A stretch of DNA of 64,000 nucleotides from contig CAVPOC010000003.1 in assembly GCA_963706955.1 (NCBI GenBank), forward strand, positions 352,001-416,000. Direction: 5' to 3'. How positions within the stretch are numbered: position 1 is the stretch's first letter; each line of letters opens with the position of its first letter. Under the pieces are notes generated by a model. The model searched no databases and was not told the DNA's origin. It worked only from the letters and a program-made list of their open reading frames with translations. Below are positions 1-9,760 of the stretch, one piece after another. The position numbers and the translations under genes are program-made. Source of the stretch: an uncultured Verrucomicrobiae bacterium (GTDB lineage Bacteria; Verrucomicrobiota; Verrucomicrobiia; Chthoniobacterales; Terrimicrobiaceae).

Positions 1-140
1 CCAGGCCGGGCTGGAGCTTGAATCGGGAGCGAAAGTCAACCCGCGCAGACGATTCCAACCGGGATGACAAAGGCCGACGGCACGAAGCAATTCCACGCGT
101 GCATTCGCGTTGTCGAAAACAGTCGAGCCATTGGTTCCCG

Positions 141-602
141 TCATTGATCCCGCGAACATACCACCCGGTGTGCCATTTTGAAAATCTGTTCCTGCTTACG
201 GCGCATATCTTTTGCGTCGTGATCCGTTTGATCATCCCAGCCGGCCAGATGCAGGAGTCCATGGATAAGGCAAAGCGCAGCTTCCTCGTTGGGAGTGTTG
301 CCGAAGCGAGCCGCGTTGCCGGCGACAACACCGGCTCCGATCAGAATCTCTCCGTTCGGGAAGGTAATAACATCGGTCGGAGTGGGATCATTGAAGAAGG
401 TTCGGTGCACTCTGGCGATTGCCCGGTTACTGACAATCGTCGCCTCGATCTCGTCCAACTCAATTAAGGGCGCTCCGTCAGATCGCATCGTTCGAAGGCA
501 AGCAGGCAACGCGCACTCCGCCATCGACCGGACAAAGGTCACGTTGAAGCGGACCCTTCTTTGCCTATTCCTGACTACGACCAGACCTGCCACGATTGCC
601 AA
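141..602 (-). CDS. ybeY: rRNA maturation endoribonuclease YbeY
   Basis: PTDVITFP and HGLLHLAGWDD motifs; downstream of phoH and 7TM-HD genes as in the usual operon. Start uncertain (TTG 602 or GTG 593). Confidence 0.9.
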   Translation of the reverse strand: MAIVAGLVVVRNRQRRVRFNVTFVRSMAECALPACLRTMRSDGAPLIELDEIEATIVSNRAIARVHRTFFNDPTPTDVITFPNGEILIGAGVVAGNAARFGNTPNEEAALCLIHGLLHLAGWDDQTDHDAKDMRRKQEQIFKMAHRVVCSRDQ

Positions 603-668
603 GCGGCCCCTTAGAAAAAGGCGCTACTCCTCAACAGGAGACAGCCTTCGCGCGCACCGGGCACGCAG

Positions 669-2258
669 TTAGGCGGCCGATTTTTGTTCGCCGCGGATAG
701 GGGAGGCGGGCGAATCTTTTTCCTCCCGCTTGGGGTAAGCAATACGAGAGTGGAGCATGTTGATTAGCGTGAAGCGGAAGCTTTCGGCGATCTTGCGGAT
801 CTCTGCGAGGGTCAACGGCGCCTCGTCAAGCTGATGCTCAGCAATGCGCACATCGATCAAGCTGTTGATCAAATCTTCGATGCGTTGCGGAGTGGGTCGC
901 TCCATCGAGCGAGAGGCGCTTTCGACCGCATCTGCCAAGCTGACGATAGCCGTCTCCTTGGTTTGCGGCTTCGGCCCAGGATAGCGAAAGCTCTCCTCTT
1001 TCACTTCCGGAATATCTTCCGGGCGCATCTTCATGATCTTGCCGCCGAGACGCGCATCACTCTGCTGCTGGAGAGCACGCTGGTAAAAATAGGAAACTAG
1101 CGACGTGCCGTGATGCTCCTGGATGACGTCCACAATCTCGGAATTTAGGCTATTCTTGAGAGCCAGATCCACTCCTTCCTTTACGTGAGCGATAATGATC
1201 AGAGCGCTCATCGTTGGGGTCAGCTCGTTATGCGGATTTTGACCCGGACGCATGTTTTCCGTGAAATACTCAGGCTTCACGAGTTTGCCGATGTCATGAA
1301 AATAGGCGCTAACCCGAGTAAGCGTCGCGTTCGCTCCCACCACCTCAGCAGCTTTTTCAGCCAGGTTGGCGACGGCCAGGCAATGATGATAGGTGCCAGG
1401 CGCCTCCAAGCTGAGACGCTTGAGCAAGGGATGGTTGAGGTCCGCCATTTCCAACCATGAGATGTCCGTGGTGATGCGAAAAATATTTTCCAGCACCGGA
1501 AGGATCCCGCTGGCCAAAACCGCGGTGCCAAAACCGGTGCCAATCGCAGCAAGGCTCTGCCAACCGACCATCTTCCAGTCCGTCTGGGAAGGGTTTTCCC
1601 AGACCAGAGGTCCAATTTGACCAAAAGCAGCCGCCAGCACCCACAAGGCGATGCCTACGTAGACGCCAGCCCGAATCAACCGACTGCGGCGACGCACCTG
1701 AATGGTGACATAAACCGCGATGAACCCGGTAATCAGAGAGATGACGAGGAATATCGGATCAATGCGGCCCACCAGCAGCGATCCCCACAAGCTCGCGAAG
1801 ACCGCCGCGTAAAGCCCGTGGTTCTTGCCGAGTAAGACCGAGAGAACAAGCGGAGCAAAGGCGTAGGGGACGAGGAGCGGAGCCAACTGGAGATCGATAT
1901 TCCCGGCTGCAGCCTGGGCGAGGATGATCTTTATCGCGGCAAGCTGGACGAGCAAGACCCCAAAGATTAGCGCGATGCGAGAATTGCCCCCAAGGGTCTT
2001 CGGCTGATTAATCCAGAGCTGCGCGACCGCGGTGACAAAAATCAGAAGACAGAGCAAAAACTTCTTCGCTGGTTCTTCCTGCTGGCCGGTAAAGATCAAG
2101 GCGGCGAGACCGCCCACAAAGCCGCCGAAAATCAGCAGCCGGATGGGCCATGCACATTCGAGAGCTTCGGTGAACTTGCTGTCGGTAGCCGTTCGCCGGG
2201 TTTTGCCGCAGGCCATGCCTTTACCAACAAGCCGGCGGCGCTGGAAAAAGTTCCACAT
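669..2258 (-). CDS. Membrane HD-family phosphohydrolase (7TM-HD, PgpH/YqfF-like)
   Basis: Several hydrophobic helices, then APGTYHH...YFHDIGK...IAHVKEG...EHHGT...LADAVE HD-domain motifs. Confidence 0.88.
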   Translation of the reverse strand: MWNFFQRRRLVGKGMACGKTRRTATDSKFTEALECAWPIRLLIFGGFVGGLAALIFTGQQEEPAKKFLLCLLIFVTAVAQLWINQPKTLGGNSRIALIFGVLLVQLAAIKIILAQAAAGNIDLQLAPLLVPYAFAPLVLSVLLGKNHGLYAAVFASLWGSLLVGRIDPIFLVISLITGFIAVYVTIQVRRRSRLIRAGVYVGIALWVLAAAFGQIGPLVWENPSQTDWKMVGWQSLAAIGTGFGTAVLASGILPVLENIFRITTDISWLEMADLNHPLLKRLSLEAPGTYHHCLAVANLAEKAAEVVGANATLTRVSAYFHDIGKLVKPEYFTENMRPGQNPHNELTPTMSALIIIAHVKEGVDLALKNSLNSEIVDVIQEHHGTSLVSYFYQRALQQQSDARLGGKIMKMRPEDIPEVKEESFRYPGPKPQTKETAIVSLADAVESASRSMERPTPQRIEDLINSLIDVRIAEHQLDEAPLTLAEIRKIAESFRFTLINMLHSRIAYPKREEKDSPASPIRGEQKSAA

Positions 2259-2282
2259 AGAGAAACGAGCCTCAACTAATAC

Positions 2283-3266
2283 CTAGAATCGCTCCTCCTG
2301 CAATCCGCGATGTTCGCGATAGGCATGAACAATCGCCTGAACCAACCGATGGCGGACGACGTCGGTTTCGTCGAAACATTGGAAGGCGATTCCCTCCACA
2401 TTGCTCAAAGCCTCGACGGCCTCGATGAGCCCGCTGCGCTTGCTCCGCGGCAGGTCGATCTGGGTTCGATCCCCCGTGACCACGCACTTGGAATCCTGAC
2501 CGAGCCGGGTCAAGAACATAAACATCTGCTCGGTAGTCGTATTTTGTGCTTCATCCAGAATAACAAACGCCTGGCTGAGCGTTCGCCCGCGCATATAGGC
2601 CAGCGGGGCGATCTCGATAACTCCGCGATCCATATACTTCTGAATCTCCTCTACCTCAAGCATATCGTAAAGCGCATCATAGAGCGGACGTAGATAAGGG
2701 AGAATTTTCTCCTGAAGATCGCCTGGCAAGAAACCGAGCGCCTCACCTGCCTCGACGGCCGGGCGAGTTAGTATGATGCGATCGACTTTTTCCTGCTTCA
2801 GCGCGGAAACGGCCAAGGCCACCGCGAGGTAGGTCTTCCCTGTTCCAGCGGGGCCAATCCCGAAGGTGATGTCTCGTGACTGCATCGCGAGGATGTAGGC
2901 CTTTTGGCCGTCGGTCTTCGGAACGATCGAAGGCTTTCGCGGGGAGGTTTGGATGCGCAGGTCAAGAAGCCGTCCTAACTCTGTGCCGCCATTTCTCCCG
3001 GCCGCATGCATGGCATAGCTAAACTCGGGCCTGCGGATGACTACGCCGCGTTTGCGCGCCTCATCCAACTGCTCGAAGACCTTACGCGCCTTGCTGACAC
3101 CATCCTCACCACCCTCGATGCGTAGCCAACCATCGCGCGAGGTGACGCGCACGTCGAGCGCCGCTTCCAACTCGCGCAGAAGCTTGTCGTCCCCACCGTA
3201 GAGTGCCTGGACAGCACGGGCGTTATCGAACTCGAGGGTGAGCGTTTCCAGATTACCTGTAGCCAT
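2283..3266 (-). CDS. phoH: PhoH-family ATPase
   Basis: GPAGTGKT Walker A, LTRPAVEAGE, LGFLPG, RGRTL, DEAQN, DVVRH motifs. Confidence 0.95.
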   Translation of the reverse strand: MATGNLETLTLEFDNARAVQALYGGDDKLLRELEAALDVRVTSRDGWLRIEGGEDGVSKARKVFEQLDEARKRGVVIRRPEFSYAMHAAGRNGGTELGRLLDLRIQTSPRKPSIVPKTDGQKAYILAMQSRDITFGIGPAGTGKTYLAVALAVSALKQEKVDRIILTRPAVEAGEALGFLPGDLQEKILPYLRPLYDALYDMLEVEEIQKYMDRGVIEIAPLAYMRGRTLSQAFVILDEAQNTTTEQMFMFLTRLGQDSKCVVTGDRTQIDLPRSKRSGLIEAVEALSNVEGIAFQCFDETDVVRHRLVQAIVHAYREHRGLQEERF

Positions 3267-3684
3267 AGACGAGCGCCCAGTTGGAGCGCTCTTGAGGCGA
3301 CTTCTCCACGGTGACGATAGCGTAATAGGCCCCCGTTTTAGCTGGAGTGACTTTGGCCGCCGCGAAGCGGCCCTTTTGCCAGAATTCGGATTCTGCTAGC
3401 TTGCCGTCGGAGTCGTAAACATGCACCGTGATCACTGCTCCGCGGGTGTCGGTGGCCAGCCAGAACCAATATTCGTTGCCCCTAAACAATTGGGCCGTCA
3501 CGGCCTGCTGGTCCTTGACTCCAAGATCGCCGCCCCACGCGTCCTCGCGGATAGTAAATCCTTGCTTGGCGTAGGGTGCGGCAGCCTCCTTGGCGAACGA
3601 AAGAGCATCGTTCACCGTTGCCACAGCCATGGGAATAGCCACGGCGAGTGCAAGCGGAACCAGAAGAGCTAATCTGGGCTTCAC
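3253..3684 (-). CDS. Hypothetical exported beta-rich protein
   Basis: Signal-peptide-like N-terminus (MKPRLALLVPLALAVAIPMAVA); overlaps the phoH start; co-oriented in the operon. Confidence 0.7.
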   Translation of the reverse strand: MKPRLALLVPLALAVAIPMAVATVNDALSFAKEAAAPYAKQGFTIREDAWGGDLGVKDQQAVTAQLFRGNEYWFWLATDTRGAVITVHVYDSDGKLAESEFWQKGRFAAAKVTPAKTGAYYAIVTVEKSPQERSNWALVYGYR

Positions 3685-3691
3685 GACGGAC

Positions 3692-4504
3692 TCAGGCCTC
3701 CTCGGAGGTGATTACGACGACGACCTCATTGGTCATCTTATTGATTTTCTCAACGCTCGCCTGCGAGATGCCGCCCTTGCCGATCAGCGGTCGGATGTCG
3801 CGAAGAAGTTTCCGAACGCGCCCAACAAGATCCTCTTTCTTCAAACGCGAGCTGCGCATCTCGTCAATTCGCCGCGTGAAGTAGTTGAGCAACTCGGGCT
3901 GGTTCAGGAGCTCTGCTCCGGTCGCGGAGTAATTCTTGCCGACAATTGAGGTGAGCACCTCCGTTCCGCGAATCCACCCGCCGATGCTCACGAGTTGAGC
4001 GAGGTCCGCATCCCCAAGCTCCACCATCGCGGAGCGAACGTCTTGCAAGGCGCCGTCGAGTTCGTCGCGCACCGATCGCCAGTTTTTCGAATCGGCCTTG
4101 TCCATAATGCTCTTGCTGCGGGCCAGCACGGCTTTGCGCACGTTGATTGCGTCGGCGAGGTTCAGCACTTCCTGGCCGATCTGTTTCACACTTTCCGAAT
4201 TCTCAGCTTCGACGGCGATGAACCCGTCCGCGATCACTGTTCCCAGCAGAAGCGCCACCTGGGCACGGTTTCCAGTGTTCTTACCGAGATTGTCCCGCAT
4301 CTCGGCCTTCCAGTTCGGCGATCCTAACTTGTCGAGGACGTTGAAGATCTCGCTTGGGACTGGCACGACCACCTCATCAACGGCCGCAGCTGGGAATTTC
4401 GAGAGGTCAATTGACGCGGGAGGAGTGGCTGCCGAAGTGGTTTGCCCCAATGAACTCACTAAGGTGAGACCATAAGATAGGAGGAAGAGGAGGCGTGACA
4501 GCAT
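3692..4504 (-). CDS. Hypothetical exported alpha-helical protein
   Basis: 270-aa ORF with signal-peptide-like N-terminus; 7 bp from the next gene; first gene of the phoH operon. Confidence 0.75.
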   Translation of the reverse strand: MLSRLLFLLSYGLTLVSSLGQTTSAATPPASIDLSKFPAAAVDEVVVPVPSEIFNVLDKLGSPNWKAEMRDNLGKNTGNRAQVALLLGTVIADGFIAVEAENSESVKQIGQEVLNLADAINVRKAVLARSKSIMDKADSKNWRSVRDELDGALQDVRSAMVELGDADLAQLVSIGGWIRGTEVLTSIVGKNYSATGAELLNQPELLNYFTRRIDEMRSSRLKKEDLVGRVRKLLRDIRPLIGKGGISQASVEKINKMTNEVVVVITSEEA

Positions 4505-4561
4505 GAGAAATTAAGCTTCGCGTTGGAGCCGCAGCCCCGTTAAAAGCGCCGGCATCATTAG

Positions 4562-5572
4562 ATGAAAGTTGAAAGAATACAATACCTTCTTGACGAGGCA
4601 CGCAAGCAACGGTTGCTGGTCATCGGGGACGTCATGTTAGACGAATTCGTCTGGGGAAAGGTCTCTCGTATTTCTCCAGAGGCACCGGTGCCGGTCGTGG
4701 AGGTCCAGAGCGAGTCGTTCTATCCCGGTGGTGCGGCGAATGTTGCGCGAAATCTCCGGCCGTTCTGCAACGCCGTCCAAATAAGCGGCATGGTGGGTCC
4801 GGATGCTGCGGCCGGCCGGCTGAGGAGTCTTCTGCACGACGAAGGCATCGCCACCGAGGCGCTTGTCGAGTCTGCCGAAATCCCGACTATCGTGAAAACG
4901 CGAATTATCGCGCGCCAACAGCAAGTTGTGCGGGTGGATCGGGAGCGTCGTTTAGGTGCGCCGAAACCTGTCCACGAGTCAGTGCTTCGGCGGCTCGAAT
5001 CGTTGCTCCCGCAGGTCGAAGGAGTGATCTTTGAGGATTACGGCAAAGGATTTCTCACTCAGGATTTCGTTGATCAAGTTGGCGCGATGATCGCAAAAAC
5101 CGGCAAGGTCTTTACCGCAGATCCGAACCCCGGCAACCCGCTGCGGTGGACGGGCGTAACAACGATTAAGCCCAATCGTGCCGAGGCATTCGCCATGGCA
5201 GGAATGGTAGACCCGGGAGCGTCTGACAGTCCGCTTGAGGACAGCGCATTACTCCAAGCCGGGGCGGCTCTTCTCGAGAAGTTTGGCATTCGTTCGGTGC
5301 TGGTTACTTTGAGCGAGCACGGGATGATCTTGTTCGACCGTGAAGGCCCGCCGTATTACACCCCGACCCGCGCCAAGGAGGTATTCGACGTATCAGGCGC
5401 CGGCGACACGGCCATTGCCCTTTTCACCCTGGCGCTCTGCGCGGGAGGCACCCTGCAGGAAGCAGCTGAGATTTCCAACCATGGCTCCGCCGTCGTGGTT
5501 GGCAAATTTGGAACGGCCACCCTCACGCCGGATGAACTCCTGGCCAGCTTCAAGAAAAACCACTTCTTCTAG
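4562..5572 (+). CDS. hldA: D-glycero-beta-D-manno-heptose-7-phosphate kinase (HldE kinase domain / RfaE1)
   Basis: GDVMLD, RISPEAPVPV, GGAANVARN, DYGKG and DVSGAGDT PfkB-type motifs; next to gmhB. Confidence 0.92.
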   Translation: MKVERIQYLLDEARKQRLLVIGDVMLDEFVWGKVSRISPEAPVPVVEVQSESFYPGGAANVARNLRPFCNAVQISGMVGPDAAAGRLRSLLHDEGIATEALVESAEIPTIVKTRIIARQQQVVRVDRERRLGAPKPVHESVLRRLESLLPQVEGVIFEDYGKGFLTQDFVDQVGAMIAKTGKVFTADPNPGNPLRWTGVTTIKPNRAEAFAMAGMVDPGASDSPLEDSALLQAGAALLEKFGIRSVLVTLSEHGMILFDREGPPYYTPTRAKEVFDVSGAGDTAIALFTLALCAGGTLQEAAEISNHGSAVVVGKFGTATLTPDELLASFKKNHFF

Positions 5573-5578
5573 CCGCTA

Positions 5579-6124
5579 ATGAATCGAGGCGAACATCTCC
5601 ACGAAAATCGAGCCGTCTTCCTCGATCGAGATGGCACGCTCATGGAGGAAATGCACTTCTCCGCGGATCTCTCCAAGGTGCACGCAATACCCGGTGCCGG
5701 CGAAAGTCTCGCCAGCCTCCGCCGCAACGGCTGGCTCAATGTAATGATCACCAACCAAAGCGGCATCGCTCGTGGATTTTTCACCGTCAAGGAATATGAA
5801 GCGGTCAATGCGGAGCTTTTCCGACAGCTCGGCGGCGAGATGGATGCAATCTACTTTTGTCCGGACCACCCTGCAAACGCGACCGCTCGTCGGAAACCTG
5901 GCATCGGGATGCTCGAGGAAGCTAAGCGCGATCATCAGATCGCACTGGAGAAATCATGGTTCATCGGCGACAAGGACACCGATATTCTTTGCGGCCGAAA
6001 GGCTGGCTGCAAAACGATCCTCGTCTTGACTGGCTACGGCAAGGACCACCGAAATTGTTCTCCGCATTTCATTGCGAAGGACATCGTCGAGGCGGCCCGT
6101 ATCGTTCTTGCCGAAAAAACGTGA
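5579..6124 (+). CDS. gmhB: D,D-heptose 1,7-bisphosphate phosphatase (HAD IIIA)
   Basis: FLDRDGT, TNQSGI, RKPGIGM and IGD..TDI motifs. Confidence 0.9.
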   Translation: MNRGEHLHENRAVFLDRDGTLMEEMHFSADLSKVHAIPGAGESLASLRRNGWLNVMITNQSGIARGFFTVKEYEAVNAELFRQLGGEMDAIYFCPDHPANATARRKPGIGMLEEAKRDHQIALEKSWFIGDKDTDILCGRKAGCKTILVLTGYGKDHRNCSPHFIAKDIVEAARIVLAEKT

Positions 6125-6873
6125 AGGCCGCCGCGATCATCCCGGCGCGCTGGGCGTCGACACGGTTTCCCGGGAAGCCACTCTTCCCCATTCTTGGCAA
6201 GCCACTTCTCCAGCATGTTTGGGAGCGCTGCCAGACCGCGAAAGGTCTTTCCGAGGTGATCGTCGCCACCGATGACATGCGCATTGCCGAAGCTGCTTTC
6301 GCCTTTGGAGCAGCAGTCTCTTTGACCTCGTCCAAACATCAGAGCGGGACCGATCGAGTTGCCGAGGTGGCTGCGCGGCTGCGCGGTTTCCGGCACATCA
6401 TCAACGTTCAGGGTGATGAGCCGGCCGTCGAACCCCGCCTCATCGACCGGCTCGTTCACGTTCTTCAAAACGACCCCACCTTGGAAATGGTCACCGCCGC
6501 CAGCCCGTTTGAGAATGAGGCTGAAGCCGCCAATCCGAACAATGTCAAGGTGGTCACTGCGCGCGATGGCCAGGCTCTATATTTTTCGCGGAGTCGCATC
6601 CCGTTCAAACGGGACGAATCTGGTTCGGCGGCCTCGCCACCGCTCTGGCACATCGGGATCTACGGATATCGTCGCGATTTTCTCGCGCGATTCGTTCAAT
6701 GGAAACCAACTCCGCTCGAGCGCATCGAAAAGCTCGAGCAACTCCGCGCCCTCGAACAAGGTGCCGCCATTCATGTCATCCTCACCCGTCATCGGGCGCT
6801 GGGTGTCGACACGCCGGAAGACGTGGCCCGCGCCGAGGCCGCCCTCGCAAGCCGCCGCGTGACGACTTCCTGA
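6121..6873 (+). CDS. kdsB: 3-deoxy-manno-octulosonate cytidylyltransferase
   Basis: IIPARWASTRFPGKPL, SGTDR, NVQGDEP and EKLEQLRALE motifs; GTG start overlaps the gmhB stop (GTGA). Confidence 0.95.
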   Translation: MKAAAIIPARWASTRFPGKPLFPILGKPLLQHVWERCQTAKGLSEVIVATDDMRIAEAAFAFGAAVSLTSSKHQSGTDRVAEVAARLRGFRHIINVQGDEPAVEPRLIDRLVHVLQNDPTLEMVTAASPFENEAEAANPNNVKVVTARDGQALYFSRSRIPFKRDESGSAASPPLWHIGIYGYRRDFLARFVQWKPTPLERIEKLEQLRALEQGAAIHVILTRHRALGVDTPEDVARAEAALASRRVTTS

Positions 6874-6997
6874 AAATCAGTTAAATCGAGCCGCTGATAA
6901 GCTGCTTTTTGGCCGGCGCTGCGACATTTTTCTGCGCCCGCCCGCTAGGCAGTTCCCTCCCTTGCCAATTCGCGACCCTGCCATAAACTCCCCGCAC

Positions 6998-8599
6998 ATG
7001 AAATACATTTTCGTGACTGGCGGGGTGGTGAGCTCCTTGGGTAAAGGACTTGCCGCGGCCTCGCTGGGCACGTTGCTCGAGCGGCGCGGCCTCAAGGTCG
7101 TCTTACAAAAGCTCGACCCGTATCTGAATGTCGATCCAGGCACGATGAACCCCTTCCAACATGGTGAAGTCTATGTGCTGGCCGATGGAGCAGAGACCGA
7201 TCTTGATCTTGGACACTACGAGCGTTTCACAAATTGCGTGCTCACGCGGGCCAACAACGTCACCAGTGGCCAGGTCTACGAAACCGTTCTCGCGAACGAG
7301 CGCCGTGGTGATTATCTCGGCAAGACCGTCCAGGTAATTCCTCACATCACCGATGAAATCAAGAATCGGATCCGCGCGATCGAGGCATCCTCCGAAGCCG
7401 ATGTCCTCATCACGGAAATAGGCGGAACCACCGGTGACATTGAAGGATTGCCGTTTCTGGAGGCCATTCGACAATTTCAGCTCGAGGCTGGGGTCGGCAA
7501 CGTGCTCGTCATGCACGTGACATTGATTCCGTTCATCAAGGCCGCCGGCGAACTCAAGACCAAGCCGACTCAACAAAGCGTCGCCAAGCTCCGGGAGATC
7601 GGCCTGCAGCCGCAAGTGATCCTTTGCCGCACCGAGATGCCGATCGACGCGGAAGTTCGGCAGAAACTGTCTCTCTATTGCAACGTCCCGATCGAAGCGG
7701 TCATCGAAGCAGGTGATGTTGAGAATACCATCTACGAAGCGCCCCTCAACTTGCAGGCCGAAGGGCTCGATGAATACGTTTGCCGGATCTTGAATCTCCA
7801 AGCCAGCGAGCCGGACATGAGCGATTGGCGAAAATTCGTCGAACGCGTCGTCAATCCGAAGAAAAGCGTCCGGATTGCTGTGGTGGGCAAGTACATTGAA
7901 CTTCAGGATGCCTATAAGAGCATCTATGAATCGCTCACGCACGCCGGAGCCGCCCACGATTGTGCGACGAACCTGGTGCTCGTCGATGCTGAAGATCTGG
8001 GAAAAGAAGGCGCCGACAAATATCTGCGCGGAGTGGCCGGGGTGCTCGTGCCAGGAGGATTTGGGGACCGGGGAGTAGAAGGCAAAATCGATGCAGCCCG
8101 CTACGCTCGCGAATCGCGCACACCCTATCTTGGTCTCTGTCTGGGAATGCAAACCGCCACCATCGAATTTGCGCGCCACGTCTGCGGGCTGGAAAATGCC
8201 AACAGTACCGAATTCGATCCGGAGACCCCCCATCCGGTCATCTGTATCCTCGAGGATCAAAGAGACGTCACCAGAAAGGGAGCTTCCATGCGGTTGGGAA
8301 CCTGTCCGACCATGCTCGGCAAAAACACGCTTGCTCACCAAGTCTACGGGCGCGCGGAAATCCTCGAACGGCACCGGCACCGCTATGAATTCAACATGGA
8401 ATACCGCGACATCATGGAAAAAAGGGGCTTCATCATTTCGGGCACTTCTCCGGACGGGGCCCTAGTCGAACTGATCGAGCTCCAGAGCCATCCCTGGTTC
8501 CTTGCCTGTCAGTTCCACCCAGAATTTCAATCGAAGCCGAACGCTCCCCACCCGCTCTTCAAGGGCCTCATCGCCGCATGCCTCGCACATCAGGACTGA
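6998..8599 (+). CDS. pyrG: CTP synthase
   Basis: MKYIFVTGGVVSSLGKG, DPYLNVDPGTM, GLCLGMQ, ERHRHRYE and QFHPEF motifs. Confidence 0.98.
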   Translation: MKYIFVTGGVVSSLGKGLAAASLGTLLERRGLKVVLQKLDPYLNVDPGTMNPFQHGEVYVLADGAETDLDLGHYERFTNCVLTRANNVTSGQVYETVLANERRGDYLGKTVQVIPHITDEIKNRIRAIEASSEADVLITEIGGTTGDIEGLPFLEAIRQFQLEAGVGNVLVMHVTLIPFIKAAGELKTKPTQQSVAKLREIGLQPQVILCRTEMPIDAEVRQKLSLYCNVPIEAVIEAGDVENTIYEAPLNLQAEGLDEYVCRILNLQASEPDMSDWRKFVERVVNPKKSVRIAVVGKYIELQDAYKSIYESLTHAGAAHDCATNLVLVDAEDLGKEGADKYLRGVAGVLVPGGFGDRGVEGKIDAARYARESRTPYLGLCLGMQTATIEFARHVCGLENANSTEFDPETPHPVICILEDQRDVTRKGASMRLGTCPTMLGKNTLAHQVYGRAEILERHRHRYEFNMEYRDIMEKRGFIISGTSPDGALVELIELQSHPWFLACQFHPEFQSKPNAPHPLFKGLIAACLAHQD

Positions 8600-8680
8600 A
8601 ACGCCCCGTCGCACGAGCCGATTCGCACTGGACTGGGGGCCCTCCTACAACATTCTTCCACAGTCCCTAGAGAGCTGCTC

Positions 8681-9760
8681 ATGCTCGAGCGCGTTTCTGT
8701 TCCTGTTGCCAGCAGACAATACGAAAGCATTGTTGGATGGCAGATTCTCCATCGAACGGGAGAGCTCGTTCGGGAAGTGTTGCCGCCAAGCCGCTGCGCG
8801 GTGATCACCGATTCACATGTCGGCCCATTGTACGCCGACGTGGTCACAAGGTCCCTGGAACAAGCCGGATTTGAGCCGACGGTGATCGCTGTTGCCGCCG
8901 GGGAAGAATCGAAATCGATGGGAAGGGTGGAGACAGTCTGCGACCGGATGATCGAGGCGGGCCTGGATCGGGGCACCTTCGTGGTCGCACTTGGAGGCGG
9001 CGTCATCGGTGACTTAGCCGGATTCGTCGCTTCGATTTATTACCGAGGAATGCCACATGTGCAGATACCGACGACCGTGGTCGCCCAGGTCGACAGCGCA
9101 ATCGGGGGCAAGACAGGAGTAAACGCACGCGAAGGGAAAAACTTGATCGGCTCCTTTCACCAGCCGGTTCAAGTCATTACAGATCCGGCGCTGCTCGCGA
9201 GCCTGCCAGACCGGGAGTTTAACGAAGGAGTCGCCGAAATAGTGAAACACGCGGTCATTCGAGACGCCGCCATGCTTGCCGATCTGCCGGCGGCGATCGA
9301 CTCCAATCCCGTCGGTTTGATCGCGCGAAACCAGCAGATCAAGGCGCAGATCGTCTCCGAGGATGAATTCGAGAAAACCGGTTTGCGGGCCCTCCTCAAC
9401 TTTGGGCACACGATTGGCCATGCGATCGAAAATGCGGCAGGCTACGGACGGTACCTTCATGGCGAAGCGGTGAGCCTTGGCATCTCCGCGGCACTCGCCC
9501 TCTCCGTTGAGAAAGCCGGCCTCCCCCTTCACCAGGCGAAAAAGGTGCGCGCTGCTTTGAGCGTGTTTGATTTACCGACTCAGTTGCCAGAGGAAGTTTC
9601 CGGAGAGGCTCTGATGAACGCTCTGCGCAAGGACAAAAAGTTCGAGGCCGGATCCATCCGGTTTGTCCTCACGAGAAGCCTCGGAAGCGCTTTCGTCTCC
9701 AAGGAAATTACCGAAGCGGATGTCCGGTGGGCCATCCAGAATCTCAAGGAAGCGGGATGA
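8681..9760 (+). CDS. aroB: 3-dehydroquinate synthase
   Basis: GGGVIGDLAGF, QVDSAIGGKTGVN, LNFGHTIGHA and LHGEAV motifs. Confidence 0.96.
   Translation: MLERVSVPVASRQYESIVGWQILHRTGELVREVLPPSRCAVITDSHVGPLYADVVTRSLEQAGFEPTVIAVAAGEESKSMGRVETVCDRMIEAGLDRGTFVVALGGGVIGDLAGFVASIYYRGMPHVQIPTTVVAQVDSAIGGKTGVNAREGKNLIGSFHQPVQVITDPALLASLPDREFNEGVAEIVKHAVIRDAAMLADLPAAIDSNPVGLIARNQQIKAQIVSEDEFEKTGLRALLNFGHTIGHAIENAAGYGRYLHGEAVSLGISAALALSVEKAGLPLHQAKKVRAALSVFDLPTQLPEEVSGEALMNALRKDKKFEAGSIRFVLTRSLGSAFVSKEITEADVRWAIQNLKEAG

Noticed and set aside
1..144. Possible minus-strand gene starting at an ATGA overlap with the ybeY stop (MTGTNGSTVF...) and running off the window
   Set aside because: Only 48 codons are visible and there is no recognisable motif, so it cannot be supported.
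5956..6120. Apparent N-terminal extension of KdsB
   Set aside because: It overlaps gmhB. KdsB homology begins at GTG 6121.
7103..8380. 425-aa antisense ORF over pyrG (and similar ones over dapL, rsmH, murC, the rSAM and 23579-24994)
   Set aside because: These are shadow ORFs on the strand opposite well-supported genes, expected in GC-rich DNA, and have no recognisable motifs.
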